64,000 nt of DNA, taken from the IMG/VR virus record IMGVR_UViG_3300031555_001469; one strand, 5' to 3'. The notes under the pieces were generated by a model that was given only the letters and a program-made list of their open reading frames with translations, was not told the origin of the DNA and did not search any database. The position numbers were made by a program, and so were the translations under genes. The DNA is from a virus (Duplodnaviria > Caudoviricetes). This document shows positions 11,184 to 19,157 of this stretch, in pieces. Each line of letters begins with the position of its first letter. Positions within the stretch are counted from its first letter, which is position 1.

Positions 11184-12308
11184 TTAATCCTCGTCAAAGA
11201 AGGATGCTTTCTTCTTATCATCAATCTTAGTACGAGCACCGAGCTCCATATCGAACTGCGTATTAGCAGTATCGAGAGCACTTACCTTGTTATAGAAACC
11301 TTCTTCAGACATATCAGTCTGGGCGAACAGTTCCTGATATCTCTTGTAAGACTTCTCAATTGCTTCAATAGGCATCTTAATACCACCAGCAATTACAGAC
11401 ATGTACTCTTCTGCTCCATCGTACTGAATATGTGTGAAGAGCTCAAAAGGTACACCAACTTTCTTCTTTAATGTAGGGAAATCAAAGTCAATCTTATCGA
11501 GTGTTCTTTCCTTTACATTAAGGATCACAGCAAGTCTCATTACACTTGCTTCGAACCCAAGAGACTTAGATGCATCCATAGCTTCTGCTACTACAGCATT
11601 AAATTCCTTAGGGTTCTTAATTTCTCCTAAACTAAAGGTTTCGATATCCATGAAACCAGTAGTTGTAACAACCTTCAGGTGATCTGTCTCGTCAATATTC
11701 TGAGCAGAGTCAACCATATCGTTACCAAACAGAACGGATAATCTGCTAGCGAATTCTGCATTAGCTGCCTGTTCTGCCTTAACACGGTTATCTTCGTCCT
11801 TGAAAGCCTTGTTAGAAATAGCTTCAATTACGAAGTTATCCTTCATATCTTTGAATACATCAATTGTATTCTGAAGTCCGCGTCCGTCAGCTTCGAAACC
11901 AGTGAAGATGAATGTGTGTACATTTGCACCAACAACTTCACGGAAGTACTTAGCTAAGATAGGGCCTGCACCACTACCTGTGCCTCCCTCAGAAGAGAAG
12001 ACAATAACAACCATCTTATCGTCTGGGTCAAGGAAAGAGTCTGCATTGAAGGTGCCATCTTTTAACGCATCCTTCATCATCTGTCTTCCCTTCATTCTTT
12101 CTTTACCACAGCCGCCAAGATCCTTGGAAATTCTGACTGCGATGTCGGAGTAATCTGTTGGGATATCCTTCAGTGTACTATTTAAAAGTACTACCTGGGA
12201 TCTTTCAATTACACCGCTTTCAATTGCTTCGATGGCAGCCTTATTACCAGCTGCACCAATACCAATTACTTTACCCTTACATCTCATTTCATTTACCTCC
12301 ATTATCAT
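11184..12308 (-). CDS. FtsZ/TubZ/PhuZ-family tubulin-like GTPase (start probably MRCKG)
   Basis: GIGAAGN, GCGK, EGGTGSG tubulin signature loop, NIDETD T7-like loop. Confidence 0.9.
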   Translation of the reverse strand: MIMEVNEMRCKGKVIGIGAAGNKAAIEAIESGVIERSQVVLLNSTLKDIPTDYSDIAVRISKDLGGCGKERMKGRQMMKDALKDGTFNADSFLDPDDKMVVIVFSSEGGTGSGAGPILAKYFREVVGANVHTFIFTGFEADGRGLQNTIDVFKDMKDNFVIEAISNKAFKDEDNRVKAEQAANAEFASRLSVLFGNDMVDSAQNIDETDHLKVVTTTGFMDIETFSLGEIKNPKEFNAVVAEAMDASKSLGFEASVMRLAVILNVKERTLDKIDFDFPTLKKKVGVPFELFTHIQYDGAEEYMSVIAGGIKMPIEAIEKSYKRYQELFAQTDMSEEGFYNKVSALDTANTQFDMELGARTKIDDKKKASFFDED

Positions 12309-12353
12309 ATTTGATTTTTAAGAAGCATCTAGACTGCTAGATGCTTCTTATAG

Positions 12354-12491
12354 TTACTTTTGTTTGTGCTGATCTTTATCAGCCTGCTCCTTTTCTGGAG
12401 TTAATTTCTTTGCATCTTCTTCGGATGCTTCCGTAAAACCAAAGCTACCAGCTGCGTAGCCCTGTTCGGTTATAATACCAGTATTTGCCAT
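12354..12491 (-). CDS. 45-aa hydrophilic peptide (MANTGIITEQGYAAGSFGF...), below the ORF-track cutoff
   Basis: GGAGG RBS, open frame, followed by a hairpin at about 12321-12348. Confidence 0.6.
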   Translation of the reverse strand: MANTGIITEQGYAAGSFGFTEASEEDAKKLTPEKEQADKDQHKQK

Positions 12492-12565
12492 AGCGCATAC
12501 CTCCTTTTTATTAGTATGTACATTACCTGATATTAATCTACGATTTCTTCATACGCCCCCAATCT

Positions 12566-12973
12566 TTAATCTGCGCAAACACTAAGAGTGCAGCCATTTT
12601 CTAACATCCTAGTCTTATATTCAACCTTTTTCTTTATAGCTAAATAGTTTTCTATATCAGACATCTTAGATGCTAGATCTCGACGGAGTTCAAACATATT
12701 GGTTTTTTCAATAACAACATTTTGAGCACCAACATTTCTCTTTAAGAACTCCGTTATAGTAATCTCGTCGAAGACCATTTTATCAATCTCACTGATTGAG
12801 TACCTCATTGATCTTGCGATATCACGAAGACTATCATCGGTTGTCTTCTTTCCACCTATAGTTACCTTAAGACCATCAATGGCCTTTCTGAAACTTTCTG
12901 TCAAAGTTTCACATTTGCTGAGCATATTGAGCTCGGCTTTGTAGGCTTTCAGAGAAGCATATTCATCAGCCAT
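12566..12973 (-). CDS. hypothetical early protein
   Basis: RBS and TATATTAT motif at 13021-13028. Confidence 0.65.
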   Translation of the reverse strand: MADEYASLKAYKAELNMLSKCETLTESFRKAIDGLKVTIGGKKTTDDSLRDIARSMRYSISEIDKMVFDEITITEFLKRNVGAQNVVIEKTNMFELRRDLASKMSDIENYLAIKKKVEYKTRMLENGCTLSVCAD

Positions 12974-13095
12974 TCTTTCGTACCTCCAATTAAAAATTAT
13001 TCATCATCAGTTACACATTTATAATATATAACCAGATAATATTACTAAGACAAAAATAATCTAGTATAGAAATTAATCTATACTAGATTTAAGTT

Positions 13096-13257
13096 TTAGC
13101 GATTTTTTGTTGTAAGATACCATGCTGCCACAAATGCGCTTACAAGCATTGCACAGCCAATAGTTAATCTCCAGTCGTAAAGAGCTATTGCAGCACATGC
13201 AATATATCCCCCAATTAAGACTCCTTTGTACTTTGGTTTCTTTTTATCTGCGTACAT
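13096..13257 (-). CDS. 53-aa small membrane protein (MYADKKKPKYKGVLIGG...)
   Basis: GGAGG RBS, basic N-terminus then two hydrophobic segments. Confidence 0.55.
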   Translation of the reverse strand: MYADKKKPKYKGVLIGGYIACAAIALYDWRLTIGCAMLVSAFVAAWYLTTKNR

Positions 13258-13351
13258 TCTAAAATCCTCCCTTTAATCATTTTTATTTAAAATTTTAATT
13301 GCTTGCTGAACATGATCAGCATTAATCTTGTGTTATAGTCTCAGTGACCTT

Positions 13352-13636
13352 TTACTTAACCTTCTTTACTTTCTCAAGACGATACTTTTGTTTAATATCA
13401 GGATACTTTACACGATCCACTTCACTACAAAACATTTCAAGAGGTCTTGCGTATATTTTATATGGGGTATATAATGCCCGGTAAATTACCAGATCTTCTT
13501 TAGTTTCTGTATGTTGAGCAATAGCTATAATTTCATACAGATACATATTTATAATTCTTTCATCTTCGGAGACTGTTTCACGTTTAAAATGCTGTACAAT
13601 ATCTCCGATGTTCAAATCTTCTCTGTTTCCTATCAT
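13352..13636 (-). CDS. DUF1653-family protein
   Basis: HFK...[23 protein letters not shown]...YARPLEMF pattern. Confidence 0.85.
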   Translation of the reverse strand: MIGNREDLNIGDIVQHFKRETVSEDERIINMYLYEIIAIAQHTETKEDLVIYRALYTPYKIYARPLEMFCSEVDRVKYPDIKQKYRLEKVKKVK

Positions 13637-13651
13637 AATAGAATCCTCCTT

Positions 13652-14356
13652 TTAAAATAAACTCTTATATTCAGATAAAACCATCTTGTTTATCTTTTTA
13701 ATAATTCTAGAAACTACAGTCTGAGTTATATGATATTTATCAGCTAACTCTTGTTGAATAATTCCGTCGGCATCTATATGCGAATTAAAATAATCATTAT
13801 ATATCGCTTTATGGCGCTCATTAGATATTGTGCTGAGTACTTTATCTTTAGCTTCGATTAAGAGATTTACGTCTAAATCTTCGAAGAATTTATCAAAAGC
13901 TGTTGTATCTGGTATAAAGTCTCCGACAGAAACATGAGTATCTCCATCATTTTTTATTATTCTATCAAGAGATTCGCATTCTGTATTTATAATACAATCA
14001 ATATATCTCTTTTTAGAAATCTTAAGAGCTTCACATACTTCATCATCAGAAGCCTCAGGGTTTTTAATCTTATAATTCGTTACCTTATAACGAATATCTT
14101 TAAAATCCCTAGGCTCTTTAATCATAGTATATTCTCTTTTATATCTTCTCATATATCCTAATATATATTGAGCCGCATATGTAGTAAATACAAATCCTTT
14201 AGATTCATCAAATCGGATGGCCGCTAAACATAAACCAACCATCCCTTCTTGAACTACATCTTCATAATCATTTTTTGTAGTATAGATTTGTTTGGCAAAG
14301 TGATGTACTAGCATCATATTATCCAAAACGTAATGCATTCTGTCTTCAGGAATCAT
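13652..14356 (-). CDS. sigma-70 family alternative (SigF/SigG-like) sigma factor
   Basis: Region 2 EDVVQEGMVGLCLAAIRFDESKGFVFTTYA; SLD; region 4 HTH QQELADKYHITQTVVSRI. Confidence 0.88.
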   Translation of the reverse strand: MIPEDRMHYVLDNMMLVHHFAKQIYTTKNDYEDVVQEGMVGLCLAAIRFDESKGFVFTTYAAQYILGYMRRYKREYTMIKEPRDFKDIRYKVTNYKIKNPEASDDEVCEALKISKKRYIDCIINTECESLDRIIKNDGDTHVSVGDFIPDTTAFDKFFEDLDVNLLIEAKDKVLSTISNERHKAIYNDYFNSHIDADGIIQQELADKYHITQTVVSRIIKKINKMVLSEYKSLF

Positions 14357-14367
14357 AACATTCCTCC

Positions 14368-14649
14368 TTAAAAAGATATACGATGTATCTTATTACCTAA
14401 CTTTGAAGTTAATTTGATAAATATTTCGTTATACTTTTTTCTATCATTACAACTGATAGAAATAGAGCATAAATTAGTATGACGCAAATTAACTTTTATA
14501 ATTTCAAAATTATATTCTTCCTTTAACTCATTTAATACTCTTAATATTTCATTATCAGATATTACTTCATATCTGCTAACTACTGGTGCATGATTAATAT
14601 ATTCTAACTTTTCAAAATAAATTTTTCTTTTGTTTTTCTTAAAAAACAT
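14368..14649 (-). CDS. hypothetical protein
   Basis: ORF in operon. Confidence 0.55.
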   Translation of the reverse strand: MFFKKNKRKIYFEKLEYINHAPVVSRYEVISDNEILRVLNELKEEYNFEIIKVNLRHTNLCSISISCNDRKKYNEIFIKLTSKLGNKIHRISF

Positions 14650-14651
14650 TT

Positions 14652-15209
14652 TTATTCCTCCTCTACTATAACCGAAGCAAACATTCCGGTTCTAAATGAA
14701 TCTGATACAGGAAACTGTGATACGAAATCAAATATCTTCTTAACAGCATTATCTAAATCCTGTTCAGTTTTTAATTTGTTATTACAATGAACACTTACAC
14801 GATATGACCAGATATCATTGATTGGATCAATTGGCCAGTGATCATCAAAAAGTTCTAACTCTTTATCAAGAGGAAGAGCTTTTATAATATCTAATTCCTC
14901 AGGAGTTACATATACACCAATATATGTACCAGAAGAACCTGTACTAATAGGTGTACTTTCATAGTGCCCACTACAGTGTGCAAAAGTTTCATACCCTTTC
15001 TCATTTAAATATCTGATTACAGGTATCATCTTATCATCTACTTCATATGTAGAATTCGTTCTACAATACGGACAGTCGATATTCATAACCAAATTTTTAT
15101 ATTTGGTGTTTCTAAATATCTCAATTTTGTTCAATGCTTCTGCGACTTCCGTTAAATCCATCTCGAAGTCTTTAAAACAATTCATACAATAATAACTCTG
15201 TTTAATCAT
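14652..15209 (-). CDS. Zn-ribbon protein with a TYW3/Taw3-like motif (start reassigned to MIKQS)
   Basis: CMNC...CPYC; DDKMIPVIRYLNEKGYETFAHCSGH; the longer ORF start lies in a terminator hairpin. Confidence 0.55.
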   Translation of the reverse strand: MIKQSYYCMNCFKDFEMDLTEVAEALNKIEIFRNTKYKNLVMNIDCPYCRTNSTYEVDDKMIPVIRYLNEKGYETFAHCSGHYESTPISTGSSGTYIGVYVTPEELDIIKALPLDKELELFDDHWPIDPINDIWSYRVSVHCNNKLKTEQDLDNAVKKIFDFVSQFPVSDSFRTGMFASVIVEEE

Positions 15210-15233
15210 TCCCTTTACCTCCAAATTAAAATT

Positions 15234-15264
15234 CATCCCCGAGAGGTTAGATCTCTCGGGGATG
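15234..15264 (-). terminator. strong hairpin, likely terminator downstream of the ncRNA
   Basis: CATCCCCGAGAG-GTTAGAT-CTCTCGGGGATG perfect 12-bp stem. Confidence 0.7.
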
Positions 15265-15320
15265 TTTGACATAAAAATCTCGTTTGTGTCTATTTTAGTT
15301 TATATTTTAGATTGGCTTAA

Positions 15321-15769
15321 TTGCCTGTCTATGATGCCTACAGGAAGTCTTGTATATACCACCAAAACCTTTTGTGTAGGATTTAAATAATTTTTAACCT
15401 TTTAGTTTTGAGTTTTGAATTTTAAGCTATCTAAGTTTTAATCTTTTAAGCTTTGAATTCTTAACTTTGAGCTCTTAGGTTATTTGTTAGTCATTTTTCG
15501 ATAATGTCTTCACCACTTGACCAATGAGGTTACACCTCATAGGGGATTCGAACCCCTGATTTTATCTTTGTCTCGACTATTACTTCCGTTGCAGGGAAGC
15601 GCTCTCTGAGCCAATATTCAACATTTTGGAATTTGAATATGTTTGTATGTTTTGGATTTCAGATTAACCGTCTGTTCCGTTTATACAATTTATGGCGAGG
15701 TCTATGTTATACCAAAGCCGACCTCAGTCTTTGGTATGGTATATTTAGACAATTCTCATAGCCAGGCAA
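15321..15769 (-). ncRNA. putative ~450-nt structured ncRNA with paired ends, a permuted tRNA-like domain and a heptamer repeat tract
   Basis: 15756-15769 and 15321-15334 are complementary (13/14); internal hairpins; T-arm GGGGTTCGAATCCCC; no ORF of 60 aa or more. Confidence 0.75.
15391..15477 (-). repeat. degenerate ~7-nt tandem repeat tract, consensus about T(T/C)AAA(A/G)(C/T)
   Basis: taagagc tcaaagt taagaat tcaaagc ttaaaag attaaaac ttagatagc ttaaaat tcaaaac tcaaaac taaaagg ttaaaaa. Confidence 0.75.
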
Positions 15770-15778
15770 ATAATTTTA

Positions 15779-16480
15779 TTAGTCCTCTAACTCGAACTCA
15801 ATTATTGTCTGAACGTTAGATGTCGTTAATACCGTGTCTACTTCATTAACAAATGCATTATGAGCATCGATCATAGAATCAATCTTTCCAACATGATTCA
15901 TAGGATCGAGAATTTCATAAGTATTATTGTCGTAGAATTCCTGCTTCTGCTTTTCAATGAACTCTTCATTTAACTGTAACTCACCATTCTTAGTTATTAC
16001 ATTTAAAGTTTCAAGCCACTTTGTTTCAACTTCAGCATTCTTTGTCATAATAGCATAAGAAGCAAAGGAAGCCTGCTTCTTAACTAAAGAAAGGAAATTA
16101 GCACGATTCTGTGCAAGTTCTTTTCTCTTAATAGCTTCTGCTACTGTATACTCAACATCAGCAACTGTAACTTTTGTAGTTGCATTGGACTGTGCAATTG
16201 CTGCAGAGTAAGCTTCAATATTCTTAATAAGGTGATCATATCTATCGAAGTTGGACTGAAGAGATTTCTCTAAATCAGCAACATCGATTCCACCTAATTC
16301 CTTACCATCCTTAGTCTTGATTGTTAAGAACGGAATCTTCATAATCGTATCCTTTTTATTAAAAGGATTAGAGCCAGCATGTAAAATATCATTAAGCTCT
16401 GCCATCATATCCTTAAGCTGCTTCTTCATCAACTTAAGATCAATCATTGCCTGATAAACTGTAATTTTCTTTGTGCTCAT
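15779..16480 (-). CDS. coiled-coil protein resembling the DIP1984/DUF6847 family
   Basis: ITVYQAMIDLK, SNATT, YTVAEAIKRKE and VDTVLTTSNVQTII patterns; family recalled, not searched. Confidence 0.6.
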   Translation of the reverse strand: MSTKKITVYQAMIDLKLMKKQLKDMMAELNDILHAGSNPFNKKDTIMKIPFLTIKTKDGKELGGIDVADLEKSLQSNFDRYDHLIKNIEAYSAAIAQSNATTKVTVADVEYTVAEAIKRKELAQNRANFLSLVKKQASFASYAIMTKNAEVETKWLETLNVITKNGELQLNEEFIEKQKQEFYDNNTYEILDPMNHVGKIDSMIDAHNAFVNEVDTVLTTSNVQTIIEFELED

Positions 16481-16553
16481 AAATGAACCCTCCTTAAATT
16501 TTAAGTTTTATGTGTAATTTGTATTTATTATAGAGTCATCAACTTTGTAAAAG

Positions 16554-16757
16554 TTAAAAGACTTCATTTAAATATTCACTCTTGCTATATACCGATGTCA
16601 TCATGGCAGTCATTCTAGCTAAATCAAGCATAGCTTTATTAGCTCGTTCTTCTTTAGCTTTAGCTTTGTCTGGATGCATCATATAATATACTTTATAAAA
16701 TTTCATATCATAATCTGTTCTTCTATGAAGAAGATTAAATAACTTGTAGAATGTCAT
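16554..16757 (-). CDS. small hypothetical protein
   Basis: ORF with AGGAGG RBS. Confidence 0.55.
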   Translation of the reverse strand: MTFYKLFNLLHRRTDYDMKFYKVYYMMHPDKAKAKEERANKAMLDLARMTAMMTSVYSKSEYLNEVF

Positions 16758-16770
16758 AGAGTTGTCCTCC

Positions 16771-17478
16771 TTAATATCTACTAAAATAATGATTACCTAT
16801 TTGCTTCCAAGGTTCTCCCCATTTATGATAACGTTTTGATCTGAAATAAACAACATCTTGTGGTATTGTTTTATTTTCTAATGCGTATAATACAGCATTA
16901 ATTACTTTTTCTGTATGAGGAGCAGTTTTATATTGACCATGTCCATATACAGAGAATTGAGACTTTTGAGTAACTACGCCAGTAATAGTATCTGGGTACC
17001 AGCTACAGTCTACTCTATTTAAAATTACATCTACTACAGCTACGATACCTTCAAAAGGTTCTCCTCTAGCTTCAGCGGATACAATGCTAACTAATAAATC
17101 AAACTCTTCTTGAGTTATGTATTCAATACTTCTTCCTACAACTTTATAAACTTTTGGTGTAGGAGTTGGTTGAATAACTTCTTCTACTACAGGTTCCTGA
17201 ATAGTTTCTTCTTCGAGAACTTCTTCTACTACAGGTTCGGCTGCTTCTGGAATTATCTCATCTGTAATAATTTCCTCACTAGCCAAAACCTCAATTTCTG
17301 TTTTGAGAGTATTTTTACATTCTTCCATTATCGAAGCTAAGTCTTTAATATTATACAACGATAATGGTTTAATAGGTTCTACACTTATAACTACATCATT
17401 CCCACAAGTTGTTTGTGGTATAAAATATACTAAAATCATCATTAGTATCATCATAAAAATAATTTTTAATCGTTTCAT
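16771..17478 (-). CDS. SleB/CwlJ-like cell-wall hydrolase (Hydrolase_2) with N-terminal signal/TM
   Basis: SAEARGEP catalytic Glu motif, VILNRV, QFS, IGNHYF. Confidence 0.88.
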   Translation of the reverse strand: MKRLKIIFMMILMMILVYFIPQTTCGNDVVISVEPIKPLSLYNIKDLASIMEECKNTLKTEIEVLASEEIITDEIIPEAAEPVVEEVLEEETIQEPVVEEVIQPTPTPKVYKVVGRSIEYITQEEFDLLVSIVSAEARGEPFEGIVAVVDVILNRVDCSWYPDTITGVVTQKSQFSVYGHGQYKTAPHTEKVINAVLYALENKTIPQDVVYFRSKRYHKWGEPWKQIGNHYFSRY

Positions 17479-17534
17479 TATTCTCCTCCAAATAATAATC
17501 CCTCTAGGTCGTATAAACCTAGAGGGATTAGATT

Positions 17535-18254
17535 TTACTTTCTTTCTATTTTGTTCTTTCTATCTTTCAATGTCAGTGGTAAATAATAATCATCTGACAC
17601 AAGATTACTCAATAGTTGGCTACCAAGTAAATATGCATTAAGATAGTTTCTTGACAGAGAGTCATCAATATCTTTAGGTAAGTCTTTAAGACTAACCTGC
17701 CCTAAGTTATTAATCTGATTGTACATTGCAGACTTAGATCTCATAGAGTCAGCCTTAGCATGTGTTAATTCATCTAATGTAGCATCAAAACCAAGAACCG
17801 CTAAAGATTCAGTTTCTCGGTCTGATGTTTTACCGTTCTTATCAAACGATACCAGCAAACCAGTTTTCATATCTCTTTCTGCTATATCAACAGACATGGC
17901 ATTTTTCTTAGAGATAAACTGTTTCATCTTTTTAAGATGTGCATAAACTACAAGTCCTTCTTTAGATTTAATAGGTTTACCGTCAGCACTATACATATAC
18001 GGAAGGTTAACCTTTTCTAATAAAGGAATTCCTAATACCTTTGCAGCTTTATCAATTTCTTTCATAGTAGGTTCAATATCAAATAATTTTACTTGAAACT
18101 TGAACGCTAGTGGATTATCAATAAATTTTACAAACTGAGCATCGGACATCTCAGAAAATATTTTCTTATAATAATCTGAGTTTTGTCCGGATGGATCTAA
18201 AGCGTCCATTACTTTATAGACCAGCTCTTCGGCTTTCTTTCTTTGGGAAGTCAT
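17535..18254 (-). CDS. virion RNA polymerase beta subunit, small C-terminal part
   Basis: ~240 aa; N-terminal LDPSGQNSDYYKKIFSEMSD, LKKMKQFISKK, DMKTG and GQVSL fit the phiKZ-like vRNAP betaC pattern. Confidence 0.7.
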   Translation of the reverse strand: MTSQRKKAEELVYKVMDALDPSGQNSDYYKKIFSEMSDAQFVKFIDNPLAFKFQVKLFDIEPTMKEIDKAAKVLGIPLLEKVNLPYMYSADGKPIKSKEGLVVYAHLKKMKQFISKKNAMSVDIAERDMKTGLLVSFDKNGKTSDRETESLAVLGFDATLDELTHAKADSMRSKSAMYNQINNLGQVSLKDLPKDIDDSLSRNYLNAYLLGSQLLSNLVSDDYYLPLTLKDRKNKIERK

Positions 18255-18278
18255 TTAAATAGTCCTCCTTTTCTTTAT

Positions 18279-18752
18279 TTAACTAAAATTCATTCTGGTA
18301 AGTTGTTTAATATCAGCTTTACCTTTAGCCATTATTAAATAATCACCATCATCTAACGTATAAGTTTTCACTGTTTTATAGCCTAATTTTTTATATAGGT
18401 TAATAGCATTTTCATTGTCAACCTTTACAAATAAATATATACCCTTATTTGTATTATGTGATATATCATCATATAAACTATTTAGAATTTTAGTCGCTAG
18501 ACCTTGTCCTCTGAATTCAGGCTTAGTATCAAGATTTGCCATCAATACCCAATCAAAGTCTTTAATTTTATATTCATAATAATTCAATTTAGATAGCACT
18601 TTACCATCTTTATTTTTGATTTTGTAACTATTATTATCTTTAACAATAGTTAATCCATCAGATAATTTTTTCTCAATAGATTGATTTTTATTTTCTAATA
18701 TATTTTTCTTATTTATATCATTATACCAATCTATTATTAAATTACCATGCAT
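18279..18752 (-). CDS. GNAT-family acetyltransferase (start MHGNL)
   Basis: PEFRGQGLA acetyl-CoA motif A; NENAINLYKKLGY motif B. Confidence 0.88.
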   Translation of the reverse strand: MHGNLIIDWYNDINKKNILENKNQSIEKKLSDGLTIVKDNNSYKIKNKDGKVLSKLNYYEYKIKDFDWVLMANLDTKPEFRGQGLATKILNSLYDDISHNTNKGIYLFVKVDNENAINLYKKLGYKTVKTYTLDDGDYLIMAKGKADIKQLTRMNFS

Positions 18753-18905
18753 GTTAAACACCTCTTTTTACATATAGTCTTTTATTACTTCAATGTTTCC
18801 CTTTCAAGGAGATAATATATAGATGTATTAAATTATAAAAGACTATACATATTCATAAGAACTAATCTTTGTGGATTAGCTCTGCCCTTCGTCCTCATAG
18901 TAGAT

Positions 18906-19096
18906 GGGGAAGGGGGGTAGGGGGGTTAGGGCTAATATAAAAAAGAGTATCATAAAGAATAATAAAAAATAATATATAAATTAATTAATTATGCGCGAGC
19001 AGGAGCGAGCGATATATATATTATATATTATACTATTAAAGAAAACCCAAAAAGAAACCGAATAAAGGGGATGGGGGGTTTTAAGGGGGGAAGGGG
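18906..19096 (+). other. G-run-rich intergenic element, candidate replication origin or G-quadruplex pair
   Basis: two clusters of four G-tracts flanking an AT-rich spacer in a non-coding gap. Confidence 0.45.
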
Positions 19097-19157
19097 TTTA
19101 TCTTCCTATAATTTTAAAATTTTTGAGAGTAGAACTGTTTGGGTTCTACTCTCTTTT

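Noticed and set aside
15391-15477. CRISPR array
   Set aside because: Units are 7 nt, degenerate and contiguous, with no spacers and no cas genes.
15500-15566. Canonical tRNA gene suggested by the GGTTCGAATCC T-arm
   Set aside because: Arms are in permuted order, the acceptor stem is closed by a loop, and there is no anticodon loop or CCA. Reported as a tRNA-like module instead.
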